Source of the DNA: an uncultured Eubacteriales bacterium
GTDB lineage: Bacteria > Bacillota > Clostridia > Christensenellales > CAG-138
NCBI GenBank assembly: GCA_902787375.1
Contig: CADAGD010000001.1
Coordinates: forward strand, 2,106-66,105
Reading direction: 5' to 3'
Length of the DNA stretch: 64,000 nt
The notes below the pieces were generated by a model. The model saw nothing but the letters and a program-made list of their open reading frames with translations, did no database searches and was not told the origin of the DNA. The position numbers were made by a program, and so were the translations under genes. Numbering within the stretch: position 1 is the first letter of the stretch; every line of letters begins with the position of its first letter. Below are positions 18,836-28,527 of the stretch, piece by piece.

Positions 18836-20044
18836 TTAGTCGAGGAACATCTCGTCCTTAATCTGCGCTTTATCGCGCCTGCGTCGTTTCTTGACCGGAT
18901 GGCGCATATATACATTCAGAACTATGCCCACGCCTATCATATTCGTAAGAATATTTGAGCCACCATAGCTGATAAAGGGGAGGGGGATTCCCGTCATGGG
19001 CATAAGCCCCATCGTCATACCGATGTTTTCAAATACATGTGCAATCAGCATACCGGTAACGCCTATTGTAAGGAGCATACCAAAATTATCACGCGCCTTT
19101 GAGGCAATATGAATCCAGCGAAGCGCAAGTACAAAGAACGCAACTATGAGCAATGCTCCGCCTATGAATCCGGCAGCCTCAACAATTCCGCTGTATATGA
19201 AATCGGTATGCCGCTCCGGTATGTATCGAAGCTGAGCAAGTGTAGCTTGGTTAAAAAAGCCTTTTCCGGTAAGTCTTCCCGAACCGAGAACAAGCTTTGA
19301 TTGTCCAACCTGATATCCCGCGCCAAGCGGATCATATTCGGGATTCAGGAAAGCAATTATCCTGTCCTGCTGTCTTGGTGTCAATATAAAGAAGTAGGCA
19401 ACGGGCAGTATGGTACCTGCTGCAACAGCGGCAATAATAAAGTAAACGGCTTTCAGCCTTGCCGCAAAGGAAATAAAAACGAGTATGACTATCAGAACGA
19501 ATGCACTTCCCAAATCGGGCTGGAGGGCAACAAGCATGAACGGCAGGAGAGTGTATGCGCAAACGGTCGCAATATCCTTGAGTTTGAGCAGTCTCCCATC
19601 ATCATCCATGGCTTTTGAGGCTATTCTTGAGATAAGAATTATTACTGCTATTTTTGAAAGCTCCGCAGGCTGAATGTTCCTTTGAAGGCTTTCTATAGCA
19701 AACCAACCCTGTGCGCCGCCTACTACCTTTCCGAAGCCGAAAAGCATTGCCAGCAGACCCACAACGCCAATATAAATATATATGGCAAGCGGTTTGAACA
19801 CCTCATAATCAAATACCATGAAAACCAACATGCCGGCTATTCCGACAAGGAAATTTATCATCTGCCTCTGGACGTATTCGAGGTTCAGCTTTGCCATAAT
19901 ATCCGACAAACCCTTTTCGGTACCGTCAAACGGCGTCGCGCGAACAGAGCATATCGCAATAAGCCCAAATCCGACAAGGGCAAACACGATTACTATTGTA
20001 AGCCAATCTATGCTTCGGAAGTCTTTTTTATCGTAAAGGCTCAA
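18836..20044 (-). CDS. SEDS-family peptidoglycan glycosyltransferase (FtsW/RodA/SpoVE)
   Basis: 402 aa, about 10 TM segments. 'ERHTDFIYSGIVEAAGFIG', 'GIPLPFISYGGSN'. TTG start. Basic C-terminal tail. Confidence 0.88.
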   Translation of the reverse strand: MSLYDKKDFRSIDWLTIVIVFALVGFGLIAICSVRATPFDGTEKGLSDIMAKLNLEYVQRQMINFLVGIAGMLVFMVFDYEVFKPLAIYIYIGVVGLLAMLFGFGKVVGGAQGWFAIESLQRNIQPAELSKIAVIILISRIASKAMDDDGRLLKLKDIATVCAYTLLPFMLVALQPDLGSAFVLIVILVFISFAARLKAVYFIIAAVAAGTILPVAYFFILTPRQQDRIIAFLNPEYDPLGAGYQVGQSKLVLGSGRLTGKGFFNQATLAQLRYIPERHTDFIYSGIVEAAGFIGGALLIVAFFVLALRWIHIASKARDNFGMLLTIGVTGMLIAHVFENIGMTMGLMPMTGIPLPFISYGGSNILTNMIGVGIVLNVYMRHPVKKRRRRDKAQIKDEMFLD

Positions 20045-20097
20045 TTTGATTGCGGTTCCTTTCGGTCATATTTAAACATCTTGTATTGCGGCTCCCC

Positions 20098-21468
20098 TCA
20101 AATTATACGCCTCGGAGTATTGTCCTTCATAGCATCAAGCCTGTTTTCAAATCCTCTTTTTCCGAGAAGGGCATATGTCATATTCTTACCCTCCTCAACA
20201 CCCGGCTGATCATAGGCGTTTATTTCAAGAAGCTCGCCCGCATAGGCAGTCGCAAGCTCAAGCATCATTATCAACTGTCCTACAGTATTGGCATTCACTT
20301 CTGGCAGTATTATGGATTTGTTCATATGTCCGCTCACTTTTACGGCATACTGCGTAGCCTTGCACTCGGCTGAAATAAGCTCGTTGAATGTATGTCCGGA
20401 AAGGAACGCAACATTCGGATTCTCGTCAACTGCATGGGGAATCTTGAATTCCGCTCTGTACTTTTCCACACAAAGGAATGTGATTGTTTTGTCAAAGGGG
20501 CCGTCGGTGTAGAGCTGCACCTGTGAGTGCTGATCTGTAACTCCGAGCGACTTTACGGGAGTTTGTCCGAATCTTCCGAATGAATTCTTTTTACCGAGCG
20601 ATTCCGCCCAAAGCTGTGCATACCAATCGGCAAAGTATTTCAATGAATCGGCATATGGCATGAGTACGCTTATATTCGCGCCATGGCGCATCGCAACAAC
20701 TTCAAGAACGGCATACATAAGCGCGGGATTCTTCTCAACGTCATCGTTGTCGCATATCTCGTCCATCATTGCCGCGCCTGCAAGCATCGCCTCAATATCT
20801 ATACCGCATACTGCGGCGGGAAGCAGACCGACGGGGCAAAGCTCGGAAAATCTGCCGCCGACTCCTTCGGGAACATAGAATGTCGTAAGCCCATATTTCT
20901 TCGCAATGCCGATAAGGTTCCCCTTCTCACGGTCGGTTGTCGCAATAAGCCTGTCTTTAAGATGCTCCTCGCCATAGAGGTCGATAAGCATACGCATTAC
21001 CGTGAGCAGTTGGGCCATTGTTTCCGATGTCGAGCCTGATTTTGTTATAACATTGAAAACGGTTGTTTCGGGGTCTATAACATCCATCAGCGAAGCCATA
21101 CGCTCCGGATCAATATTGTCTTCGATATAGAGCTTGGGGCCGTTGCGTTTTTCGTCGGAAAGCTCATTGTAGCGAAGATGGTTCAATGCCTGCTGAACGG
21201 CAATGGGGCCAAGCGCGCTGCCGCCTATGCCGAGAACGACAAAGCTTTTGCAGGAGCGGCGCACCCTTTCGGCTGTGAGCTTTATGTCTTTGACGATTTC
21301 ATCCTGATTGTATGGAAGATCACGCCAACGGATAATATCCCTCTTATCTCTGAGCGTCTTAACGGCCTTCCTTGCCCTGCTATACTCATCAGCAAGCTCT
21401 TTTGGGCTGATGCCATTCTCACCGACGACGTCGGATATCATATTTGTATAGTCAAAACCAACGCGCAT
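20098..21468 (-). CDS. pgi: Glucose-6-phosphate isomerase
   Basis: 456 aa. 'VLGIGGSALGP', 'VITKSGSTSET'. Confidence 0.95.
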   Translation of the reverse strand: MRVGFDYTNMISDVVGENGISPKELADEYSRARKAVKTLRDKRDIIRWRDLPYNQDEIVKDIKLTAERVRRSCKSFVVLGIGGSALGPIAVQQALNHLRYNELSDEKRNGPKLYIEDNIDPERMASLMDVIDPETTVFNVITKSGSTSETMAQLLTVMRMLIDLYGEEHLKDRLIATTDREKGNLIGIAKKYGLTTFYVPEGVGGRFSELCPVGLLPAAVCGIDIEAMLAGAAMMDEICDNDDVEKNPALMYAVLEVVAMRHGANISVLMPYADSLKYFADWYAQLWAESLGKKNSFGRFGQTPVKSLGVTDQHSQVQLYTDGPFDKTITFLCVEKYRAEFKIPHAVDENPNVAFLSGHTFNELISAECKATQYAVKVSGHMNKSIILPEVNANTVGQLIMMLELATAYAGELLEINAYDQPGVEEGKNMTYALLGKRGFENRLDAMKDNTPRRII

Positions 21469-21550
21469 TTGTTTTACCTCCGAATCAAAATCAATGTATT
21501 ATATCACAAATAAACTGATTTTTGTATGGGTTCAAAGCATATACTTTAAT

Positions 21551-22033
21551 ATGTTTATGAAAAGAAAAGCTTTTTTTGTACTTTTGTTTGGAACTGCGCT
21601 TGTGTTTACCGGCTGTGCCGAAAAAAAGGAGCCCTGTAAAAATGAAAGCGAGGTCTTTGGCTCCATGCGGCTGAGGGTTCTGGACGGTATGAGCAACTTG
21701 CCGATAGCGGGAGCAAAGGTAATCGTGCCCGAAACGAACACATCGTACCAAACGGATGTCTACGGGATGACGGAGCTTATGACGCTTCCGGTATTACCCG
21801 ACAGCGAGTACGACTTACTCCTGCCATCCAATGACGGAAGGATTACATTCATCGTCACCGCCGAGGGATATACCCCATACCTGTTGCTTTATGCGCGCGT
21901 TTTACCTGATAAGACGCGCCCTGCGCCATCCATACTGCTGTTTCCGGATGATGGTACGCTTCCCGTTTTTACGGTAATAGAAGCCCCGGCGTCCGAATGG
22001 GCGGCTGCTCTGGTTGAGAAGTATACGCGATAA
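21551..22033 (+). CDS. Putative lipoprotein, carboxypeptidase-regulatory-like beta-sandwich
   Basis: Lipobox 'LVFTGC'. 'LRVLDGMSNLPIAGAKVIVPETNTSYQTDVYG' resembles CarboxypepD_reg-type domains. Start uncertain (ATG 21551 or 21557), no strong RBS. Confidence 0.55.
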   Translation: MFMKRKAFFVLLFGTALVFTGCAEKKEPCKNESEVFGSMRLRVLDGMSNLPIAGAKVIVPETNTSYQTDVYGMTELMTLPVLPDSEYDLLLPSNDGRITFIVTAEGYTPYLLLYARVLPDKTRPAPSILLFPDDGTLPVFTVIEAPASEWAAALVEKYTR

Positions 22034-22050
22034 AAGAAAAAAGACTCATA

Positions 22051-22098
22051 CAAAAAAACAACTCACGGGCAAATCCTGCTGTCCGTGAGTTGCTTTTG
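22051..22098. terminator. Bidirectional terminator between convergent genes
   Basis: 10-bp stem 'caactcacgg' (22059-22068) / 'ccgtgagttg' (22083-22092), with an A-run upstream and a T-run downstream. Confidence 0.65.
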
Positions 22099-22126
22099 CC
22101 TTCATAGCGAAGGCAGATTCATACCA

Positions 22127-23101
22127 TCATTTCCCAAAGGGGTTTATTACCGTGCTTTCAGGCTCCTCAGGGCAAAAGTCCGTGCCGTTCACCTGGAATC
22201 TGAGACTGTCAAAGTCATATTGTTTAGAAAGCGTCAGCCAAACCGTGCGATACGCGAGTCTGAACATGCCTTCGGTTTGAGCAACGGACTTAAAATCTTC
22301 GGATAGATTAATCGTCATAACCCCGTTCTCTATGGTCGCGCCGAGGAGAAGAGTATCCTTGGGGAAGCAGTTAAGCAGTTTGGAAGATTTCGGCCCGCTT
22401 ACAAGTGCCGAAACGACCGAGTAAACATTAGGCTCCATACTGATGCTGTGCGTCACGGGGACTGTCAATGCGCCGCTGAGATTCGGGAAATAGAGCGTTA
22501 TGAGCCTGTTGCCGGCGGATGTTTCAATATCCTCATTATCGGGGTTCAGAGGGTATTTTTCCTGCCTTACCGGAAGCTCTGTACCGTTTTCAAGCTTCCC
22601 GCCCGCGCCGTCCCTTGTTATAGTCACCGTAGATACGGTCGGGAACTCCGTAAGCGTATTGACTATGGATTGTATCATTGCGTATTCCGACTCTTTCGAT
22701 TTCAATGGCGACATGTTGCATATGTCCACAAGCGCATTGCCATCCTTTATAGAGAGCTTTATATCGACACCGTCGGGTATTACTGTTGTTAATCCAATTT
22801 CGCGTGCCGCTGAGAGGTTCGTCGGAGTTGAAACCATGTACGTCAGACAAGCGTGGGCAATGCCATCCTCCCACGGTATGAGCTTGGTCACAGGAACGAC
22901 AAATCCTTCATCCGAAAGATAATAGAGCGTCGTCCGCCTGAATGTTGCCTGCGCGTCCGGGGACTCGTCAATGGGCTCCTCGGATGCTCCGCATTGTTCG
23001 GTGCCAGCTATATCCGGAGATACCTCGTCCGATTCGCCGTTGCATGAAGCAAACACAAAAGCACATGCGACAGCAAGAAAAATCAACAATTTAAGTCTCA
23101 T
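22127..23101 (-). CDS. gerM: GerM-like sporulation/germination lipoprotein (two GerMN-type repeats)
   Basis: Lipobox 'FVFASC'. Two repeats of the pattern 'TLYY..D.G.VVPV' / 'ITLYFPN..GALTVPV ... LVSGP ... INLSEDF'. Start ATG 23101 follows GGAGG. Confidence 0.68.
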   Translation of the reverse strand: MRLKLLIFLAVACAFVFASCNGESDEVSPDIAGTEQCGASEEPIDESPDAQATFRRTTLYYLSDEGFVVPVTKLIPWEDGIAHACLTYMVSTPTNLSAAREIGLTTVIPDGVDIKLSIKDGNALVDICNMSPLKSKESEYAMIQSIVNTLTEFPTVSTVTITRDGAGGKLENGTELPVRQEKYPLNPDNEDIETSAGNRLITLYFPNLSGALTVPVTHSISMEPNVYSVVSALVSGPKSSKLLNCFPKDTLLLGATIENGVMTINLSEDFKSVAQTEGMFRLAYRTVWLTLSKQYDFDSLRFQVNGTDFCPEEPESTVINPFGK

Positions 23102-23213
23102 AATAATTACCTCCACCTGTTGTTTCCAGTTAAAACTATTCGGCACTTTTAAAAAAAATGATTCACATTCCCTGAATTATGTGGTAGAATAAATGTGTTT
23201 CGGAGGGTATGAT

Positions 23214-23948
23214 ATGGATAAAGAGAAGAGGGAACAGGAACTTCATATAGGTCATCGACAGCGTATCAAAGAGCGTTATACCAATCGCGGTATAGCTTCA
23301 CTTGACGATTTTGACGTCCTTGAACTCATCCTTACCTACGCAATACCTCGCAGGGATGTGTATGTTTTAGCGAGAGATCTAATTAAAGCATTCGACTCGC
23401 TCGAAAACATTCTTGATGCGCCTGTCAGCAAGCTGCGTGAAAAAGGCAAGCTGACAGACCATACGATAATTCTGCTCAAGCTGATAAAGGACATGAAAAC
23501 CAGGCCTTCAACCTCACTGCGTTCAAAGAGGCATCAGCTCTCAAGTGTTATCAAGGCTATTGATTTTTGCCGCTCCATATTTAAGAATATTTCGGACGAA
23601 GCCGTATTCGAGATAATGCTCGATGCAGATAATTATGTCGTTGATGTGGTAAAGCTCACGCAGGGAACGGATGATACCGCGGTCGCTCCGTTGGATTACA
23701 TTATTGCGAATCTATACCGATACAATGTATCCAGAGTTATTATCACTCACAATCATCCTTCAGGAAATTCAAAGCCGTCGGCATCCGATATTACTACAAC
23801 AAACATACTTCTTGAAGCGTTTAAAAAGAGGGATATTGAGCTTGCTGAGCATATAATCGTAACGAGAGAAGACTGTACGGCTATCCTGCATAATCAGACC
23901 ATATCCATTCCGATAAACCAACCCTTTACGCCGTGGAGGAACGCCTGA
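23214..23948 (+). CDS. radC: RadC-family JAB/MPN domain protein
   Basis: 'ITHNHPSGNSKPSASD' JAMM-like motif and N-terminal HhH-like region. ATG 23214 lies 7 nt after GGAGG. Confidence 0.88.
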   Translation: MDKEKREQELHIGHRQRIKERYTNRGIASLDDFDVLELILTYAIPRRDVYVLARDLIKAFDSLENILDAPVSKLREKGKLTDHTIILLKLIKDMKTRPSTSLRSKRHQLSSVIKAIDFCRSIFKNISDEAVFEIMLDADNYVVDVVKLTQGTDDTAVAPLDYIIANLYRYNVSRVIITHNHPSGNSKPSASDITTTNILLEAFKKRDIELAEHIIVTREDCTAILHNQTISIPINQPFTPWRNA

Positions 23949-24120
23949 TATTTGTCTGCGGTATTTAATCCTTCCAACAGCTCGGCGTTTATGCGGTTTT
24001 GCTTTTATTGTCGAATTAATGCACATTTCGGTTTATTTGAAATGCCATTATATATTAATTCACTTTTGCGTGTTTATGTGTTATAATAGAACATCCATTT
24101 TTTGATAGGAGGTGGATTAA

Positions 24121-25860
24121 GTGAAGTTCACTGAACGGGCCAAAGCCTTTTTAGGCGACCTTTTCGATGGAGTTTCGTGCAGAATAGCGACCGCTGCCAA
24201 GTTTTGCAGGAATCATCCCATCCCTACTTTTCTTATAAGTTTGGCCCTACTTGCAACAGCAGTGCTTCTTTGCATTTTTGTTCCAAAGATTAAGATTAAA
24301 CCTAATTCTACCAATACCGTAGTCATACCGACCGCTGTTCCGACAGCAAAGCCGACGGATACGCCTGCACCTACAGCTACTCCCGATCCCACGCCGTCAC
24401 CGGAACCGCTCCGCCTTGCGAGGGGCGTGGAGAACGATATCGTATATTCGGTACAGCTCAGGCTTATGGAACTGAACTACATGGACTACGATGAGCCGAC
24501 AAACTATTATGGCCCGATTACCACAGATGCGGTCAAGCTGTTCCAGCGGCGCAATCATCTTGAGGTAACGGGAGAGATTCTTGAGCCGGATTACTCCCTT
24601 CTGATGTCTTCTGAGGCCAGAAAATACATGGCGTGTAAGGGCGACGAGGGAACGGATATCAACGAAATAAGCAAGAGGCTTTATGAGCTTGATTATCTCA
24701 AGGAAACCACCAATGTGTTTAATGATGAGATGGAGGAGGCGGTAAAGCTCTTCCAGCAAAAGAACTCCCTTGAGCCGGACGGAATGATCGGCACTCAAAC
24801 ACGAGAAACGCTGTATTACGAAAACGCGATTCCGAACGCGCTGTATATAGGCTCGAAGGGCGACGAGGTTCTCGATCTTCAGGAACGACTTTACAAACTG
24901 GGATACCTGTCAACGGAGCCGGATGGGGTTTACGGCAAGGATACGGTAAACGCGGTCAAGCGTTTCCAGAGCCGTAACGACATTATTGTTGACGGCTACA
25001 TGGGCCCTTCCACAAAGAAGCTTCTTACAAGCAGCGAAGCCAAGTATAATAAGCTTGAGCTTACAATGAGCGGCGACGACGTCTATCAGATACAGTTGCA
25101 GCTCCGCAAGCTAAACTATCTCACGGCTTCCGAGGTAACGAGGTATTTCGGCTCCGTAACGGAGGATGCCGTAAGAGCATTCCAGAAGAACAACCGTCTG
25201 ATTGTTGACGGCATGGTAGGTCGTGACACACATGACAAGTTGTTCTCAGCGAACGCTGTCAAGTCGGTTCGTCCCGTAAGCAGCACTCCTGAGCCCACAA
25301 AGACGCCGAGGCCCACAAAGACGCCGAAGCCCACGCCCAAGGTAACTCAGAAGCCTACAAAGACCAACAGCCCCGGCAAGCCTACGCCCAAGCCCACAGT
25401 CAAGCCGGTGACGCCCAAGCCTGTAACGCCTAAGCCCGTTACGCCCAAGCCGACTAACTCTAACGGATCGAATCAGGCAAAGATACAGAACTTTATCAAT
25501 ATTGCCAAGAGTAAACTCGGTTGCCCGTATGTGCTTGGAGCAAAAGGCCCCAACGCCTTTGACTGTTCCGGTTTCGTCTACTGGTGCTTGAATAAAGCAG
25601 GCGTTCAGCAAAGTTACATGACGTCTTATATGTGGCGTACAACTACAAGGTATCCCCGTATAACCTCAATGAGCAATATCAAAGCGGGAGATGTCATCGT
25701 CTATAAGATGGGTACTTATGAAGGTCATGTCGCAATAGCTGTTGGCGGAGGAATGATGGTGGATGCCTCCTCCAGAAACGGTAAAGTCGTGTACAGATCG
25801 TATAACACAACTTACTGGCATAACACATTCTACTGCGCATACAGGATATTCGGCAGCTAA
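24121..25860 (+). CDS. Membrane-anchored peptidoglycan-binding (PG_binding_1 repeats) NlpC/P60 endopeptidase
   Basis: TM 'FLISLALLATAVLLCIFV'. Four or five PG-binding repeats ('VQLRLMELNY', 'LQERLYKLGYL', 'IQLQLRKLNYL'). PT-rich linker with (VTPKP)3. C-terminal 'CPYVLGAKGPNAFDCSGFVYW...GHVAI'. GTG start after GGAGG. Confidence 0.85.
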   Translation: MKFTERAKAFLGDLFDGVSCRIATAAKFCRNHPIPTFLISLALLATAVLLCIFVPKIKIKPNSTNTVVIPTAVPTAKPTDTPAPTATPDPTPSPEPLRLARGVENDIVYSVQLRLMELNYMDYDEPTNYYGPITTDAVKLFQRRNHLEVTGEILEPDYSLLMSSEARKYMACKGDEGTDINEISKRLYELDYLKETTNVFNDEMEEAVKLFQQKNSLEPDGMIGTQTRETLYYENAIPNALYIGSKGDEVLDLQERLYKLGYLSTEPDGVYGKDTVNAVKRFQSRNDIIVDGYMGPSTKKLLTSSEAKYNKLELTMSGDDVYQIQLQLRKLNYLTASEVTRYFGSVTEDAVRAFQKNNRLIVDGMVGRDTHDKLFSANAVKSVRPVSSTPEPTKTPRPTKTPKPTPKVTQKPTKTNSPGKPTPKPTVKPVTPKPVTPKPVTPKPTNSNGSNQAKIQNFINIAKSKLGCPYVLGAKGPNAFDCSGFVYWCLNKAGVQQSYMTSYMWRTTTRYPRITSMSNIKAGDVIVYKMGTYEGHVAIAVGGGMMVDASSRNGKVVYRSYNTTYWHNTFYCAYRIFGS

Positions 25861-25870
25861 TATCAAATCC

Positions 25871-25923
25871 AAACATCAAACAAGCGTGAAGCTCATTTCC
25901 GGCTTCACGCTTGTATTATATTC
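25871..25923. terminator. Bidirectional terminator
   Basis: 12-bp perfect stem 'caagcgtgaagc' (25881-25892) / 'gcttcacgcttg' (25902-25913). T-rich tails on both strands. Confidence 0.75.
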
Positions 25924-25948
25924 TTATTCGGCTTTTTTGCTGTGATGA

Positions 25949-26911
25949 TCAGTCAGCGTAATGAATCTCGGCATAATCATCCTGCTTAACACCGTCAAGA
26001 TAGATGCCCCAATCATCGTCGGTATTATGGCACTCGATCGCAATTCTTCCCGTTCTGCCGTCGGCAAGGCTGAGATCAAGATACGAATTTAGATCAGTAC
26101 ATATGGGTGTTATCGTTTCGCCCTCTTTAATGATGAATTCCTCATCGGTAACGCCATTGTCACCGACGATGAACACCGTCATATCCCTTAATAGTGTGAG
26201 GGGAGAATAGATGTCGCTGGAATTATCATAATAATAAGGCGTAAGCTCCATGAAGCCTTCGTTTGTCACGGTCATATTCGTACGGAGATTTCTCGTCCCA
26301 AGCACATCGGACTGGCGTGTCGCGCAGAAACCGTTCTCGGTGCTGAAGGGTTCATCCGTGCTTATATAGATGCTTACCCAATCCGTCACAGTATTAAAAT
26401 CCGTACGCTCGTCATTCAGCTTGCAAGCTGCCGACTCCCAGTCATCGCTTCCCTCAACAGAGCTTATAAGAATGTCAAGTCTGCTGTCGTCGGTGTCGCA
26501 ATCAACTATCCAGGCAAAGCCGTCATATACATTTTTAACATCGTACTTGATCTCGTTTGCTTCATCCCCGCTGAGATTTACAATCAAAGTATAATCATAA
26601 TCCCATTCGGAAACGGGCTCCTGCTTAAACAGCACTCTGTCCTCAACACCGTCAAAGTCGATATCGACCATGACAGGCTCGTTGTTGCTAAGGGATAAGC
26701 AATAGTCCGCAATACCCGTTGAAGCCGATGGCTGCTCCGTCGCTTCCTCCGAACCTGCAGGCGAATCGCTGCTTGCCGCTTCCGTGGATACTGCGCCCGA
26801 CGTGGGATCTGCTGTGTTTTCGGGATTGTTCTCAGGCTTATTGACGCCTATACATGCCGTCATTGACACGGCCGCCAGCAGAGCGAGCATGGTTGACATA
26901 ATTCTTTTCAT
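25949..26911 (-). CDS. Acidic lipoprotein of unknown function
   Basis: Lipobox 'SMTAC' after 'MKRIMSTMLALLAAV'. ATG 26911 lies 9 nt after GGAGG. No recognisable domain. Confidence 0.6.
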   Translation of the reverse strand: MKRIMSTMLALLAAVSMTACIGVNKPENNPENTADPTSGAVSTEAASSDSPAGSEEATEQPSASTGIADYCLSLSNNEPVMVDIDFDGVEDRVLFKQEPVSEWDYDYTLIVNLSGDEANEIKYDVKNVYDGFAWIVDCDTDDSRLDILISSVEGSDDWESAACKLNDERTDFNTVTDWVSIYISTDEPFSTENGFCATRQSDVLGTRNLRTNMTVTNEGFMELTPYYYDNSSDIYSPLTLLRDMTVFIVGDNGVTDEEFIIKEGETITPICTDLNSYLDLSLADGRTGRIAIECHNTDDDWGIYLDGVKQDDYAEIHYAD

Positions 26912-27014
26912 CTTATTTAACCTCCTGTTGTAAACATTTTGGGTTGTTGCATTCATAAAACGAATGATTCACGGAAAAGGTTGCATGTTTTTTAAAAAAA
27001 TATTGTATAAAATG

Positions 27015-28136
<1,122 letters not shown>

Positions 28137-28337
28137 TTAAGCTTCCTCTATGGATATGACATGGAATCCGACATTCTCGATGGCTTCGCTCAGCATGGAT
28201 TTATCACCTTCAAAATCCACAATAATGTCATTCAACTCGATGGATTCTGTTTTCGCTCCGAGCTTTTCAACCGTCTTTCTGACCTTTGCAATGCAATGAG
28301 CGCATCCCATGCCCGATGTTTTGATATTGTACCTCAT
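28137..28337 (-). CDS. Heavy-metal-associated (CopZ-like) domain protein
   Basis: 66 aa. 'GMGCAHC' metal/thiol-binding loop in a beta-alpha-beta-beta-alpha-beta sized protein. Its TAA stop (28137-28139) directly abuts the mnmA ATG (28134-28136). Confidence 0.8.
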   Translation of the reverse strand: MRYNIKTSGMGCAHCIAKVRKTVEKLGAKTESIELNDIIVDFEGDKSMLSEAIENVGFHVISIEEA

Positions 28338-28527
28338 AATAATACCTCCGTATATAACATTATTGACATTTATTATAGCAGATTTCTTCAATAAAATAAA
28401 TATTTTTTACTTCACATTTATTTATACTCCGCTATATTTTTCGCCCGTATTTTATATATTGAAAAAAGGCTGTACAGCGGACAAAAAAAGTGTTAAAATA
28501 ACAGATATTTCTTTGGAGGAATTTCTA

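Noticed and set aside
23157-23166. 10-mer 'AATGATTCAC' shared with 26963-26972, in both cases 52-65 nt upstream of a minus-strand lipoprotein gene
   Set aside because: The first copy is explained as the -35 (TTCACA) region of the divergent radC promoter. Downstream spacing to any -10-like element differs between the two sites. A single shared 10-mer in AT-rich spacers is weak evidence.
28309-28527. 73-codon N-terminal extension of the carboxypeptidase ORF overlapping the HMA gene
   Set aside because: The AT-rich promoter region happens to be open in this frame. A GGAGGA RBS and a typical signal peptide begin at ATG 28528.
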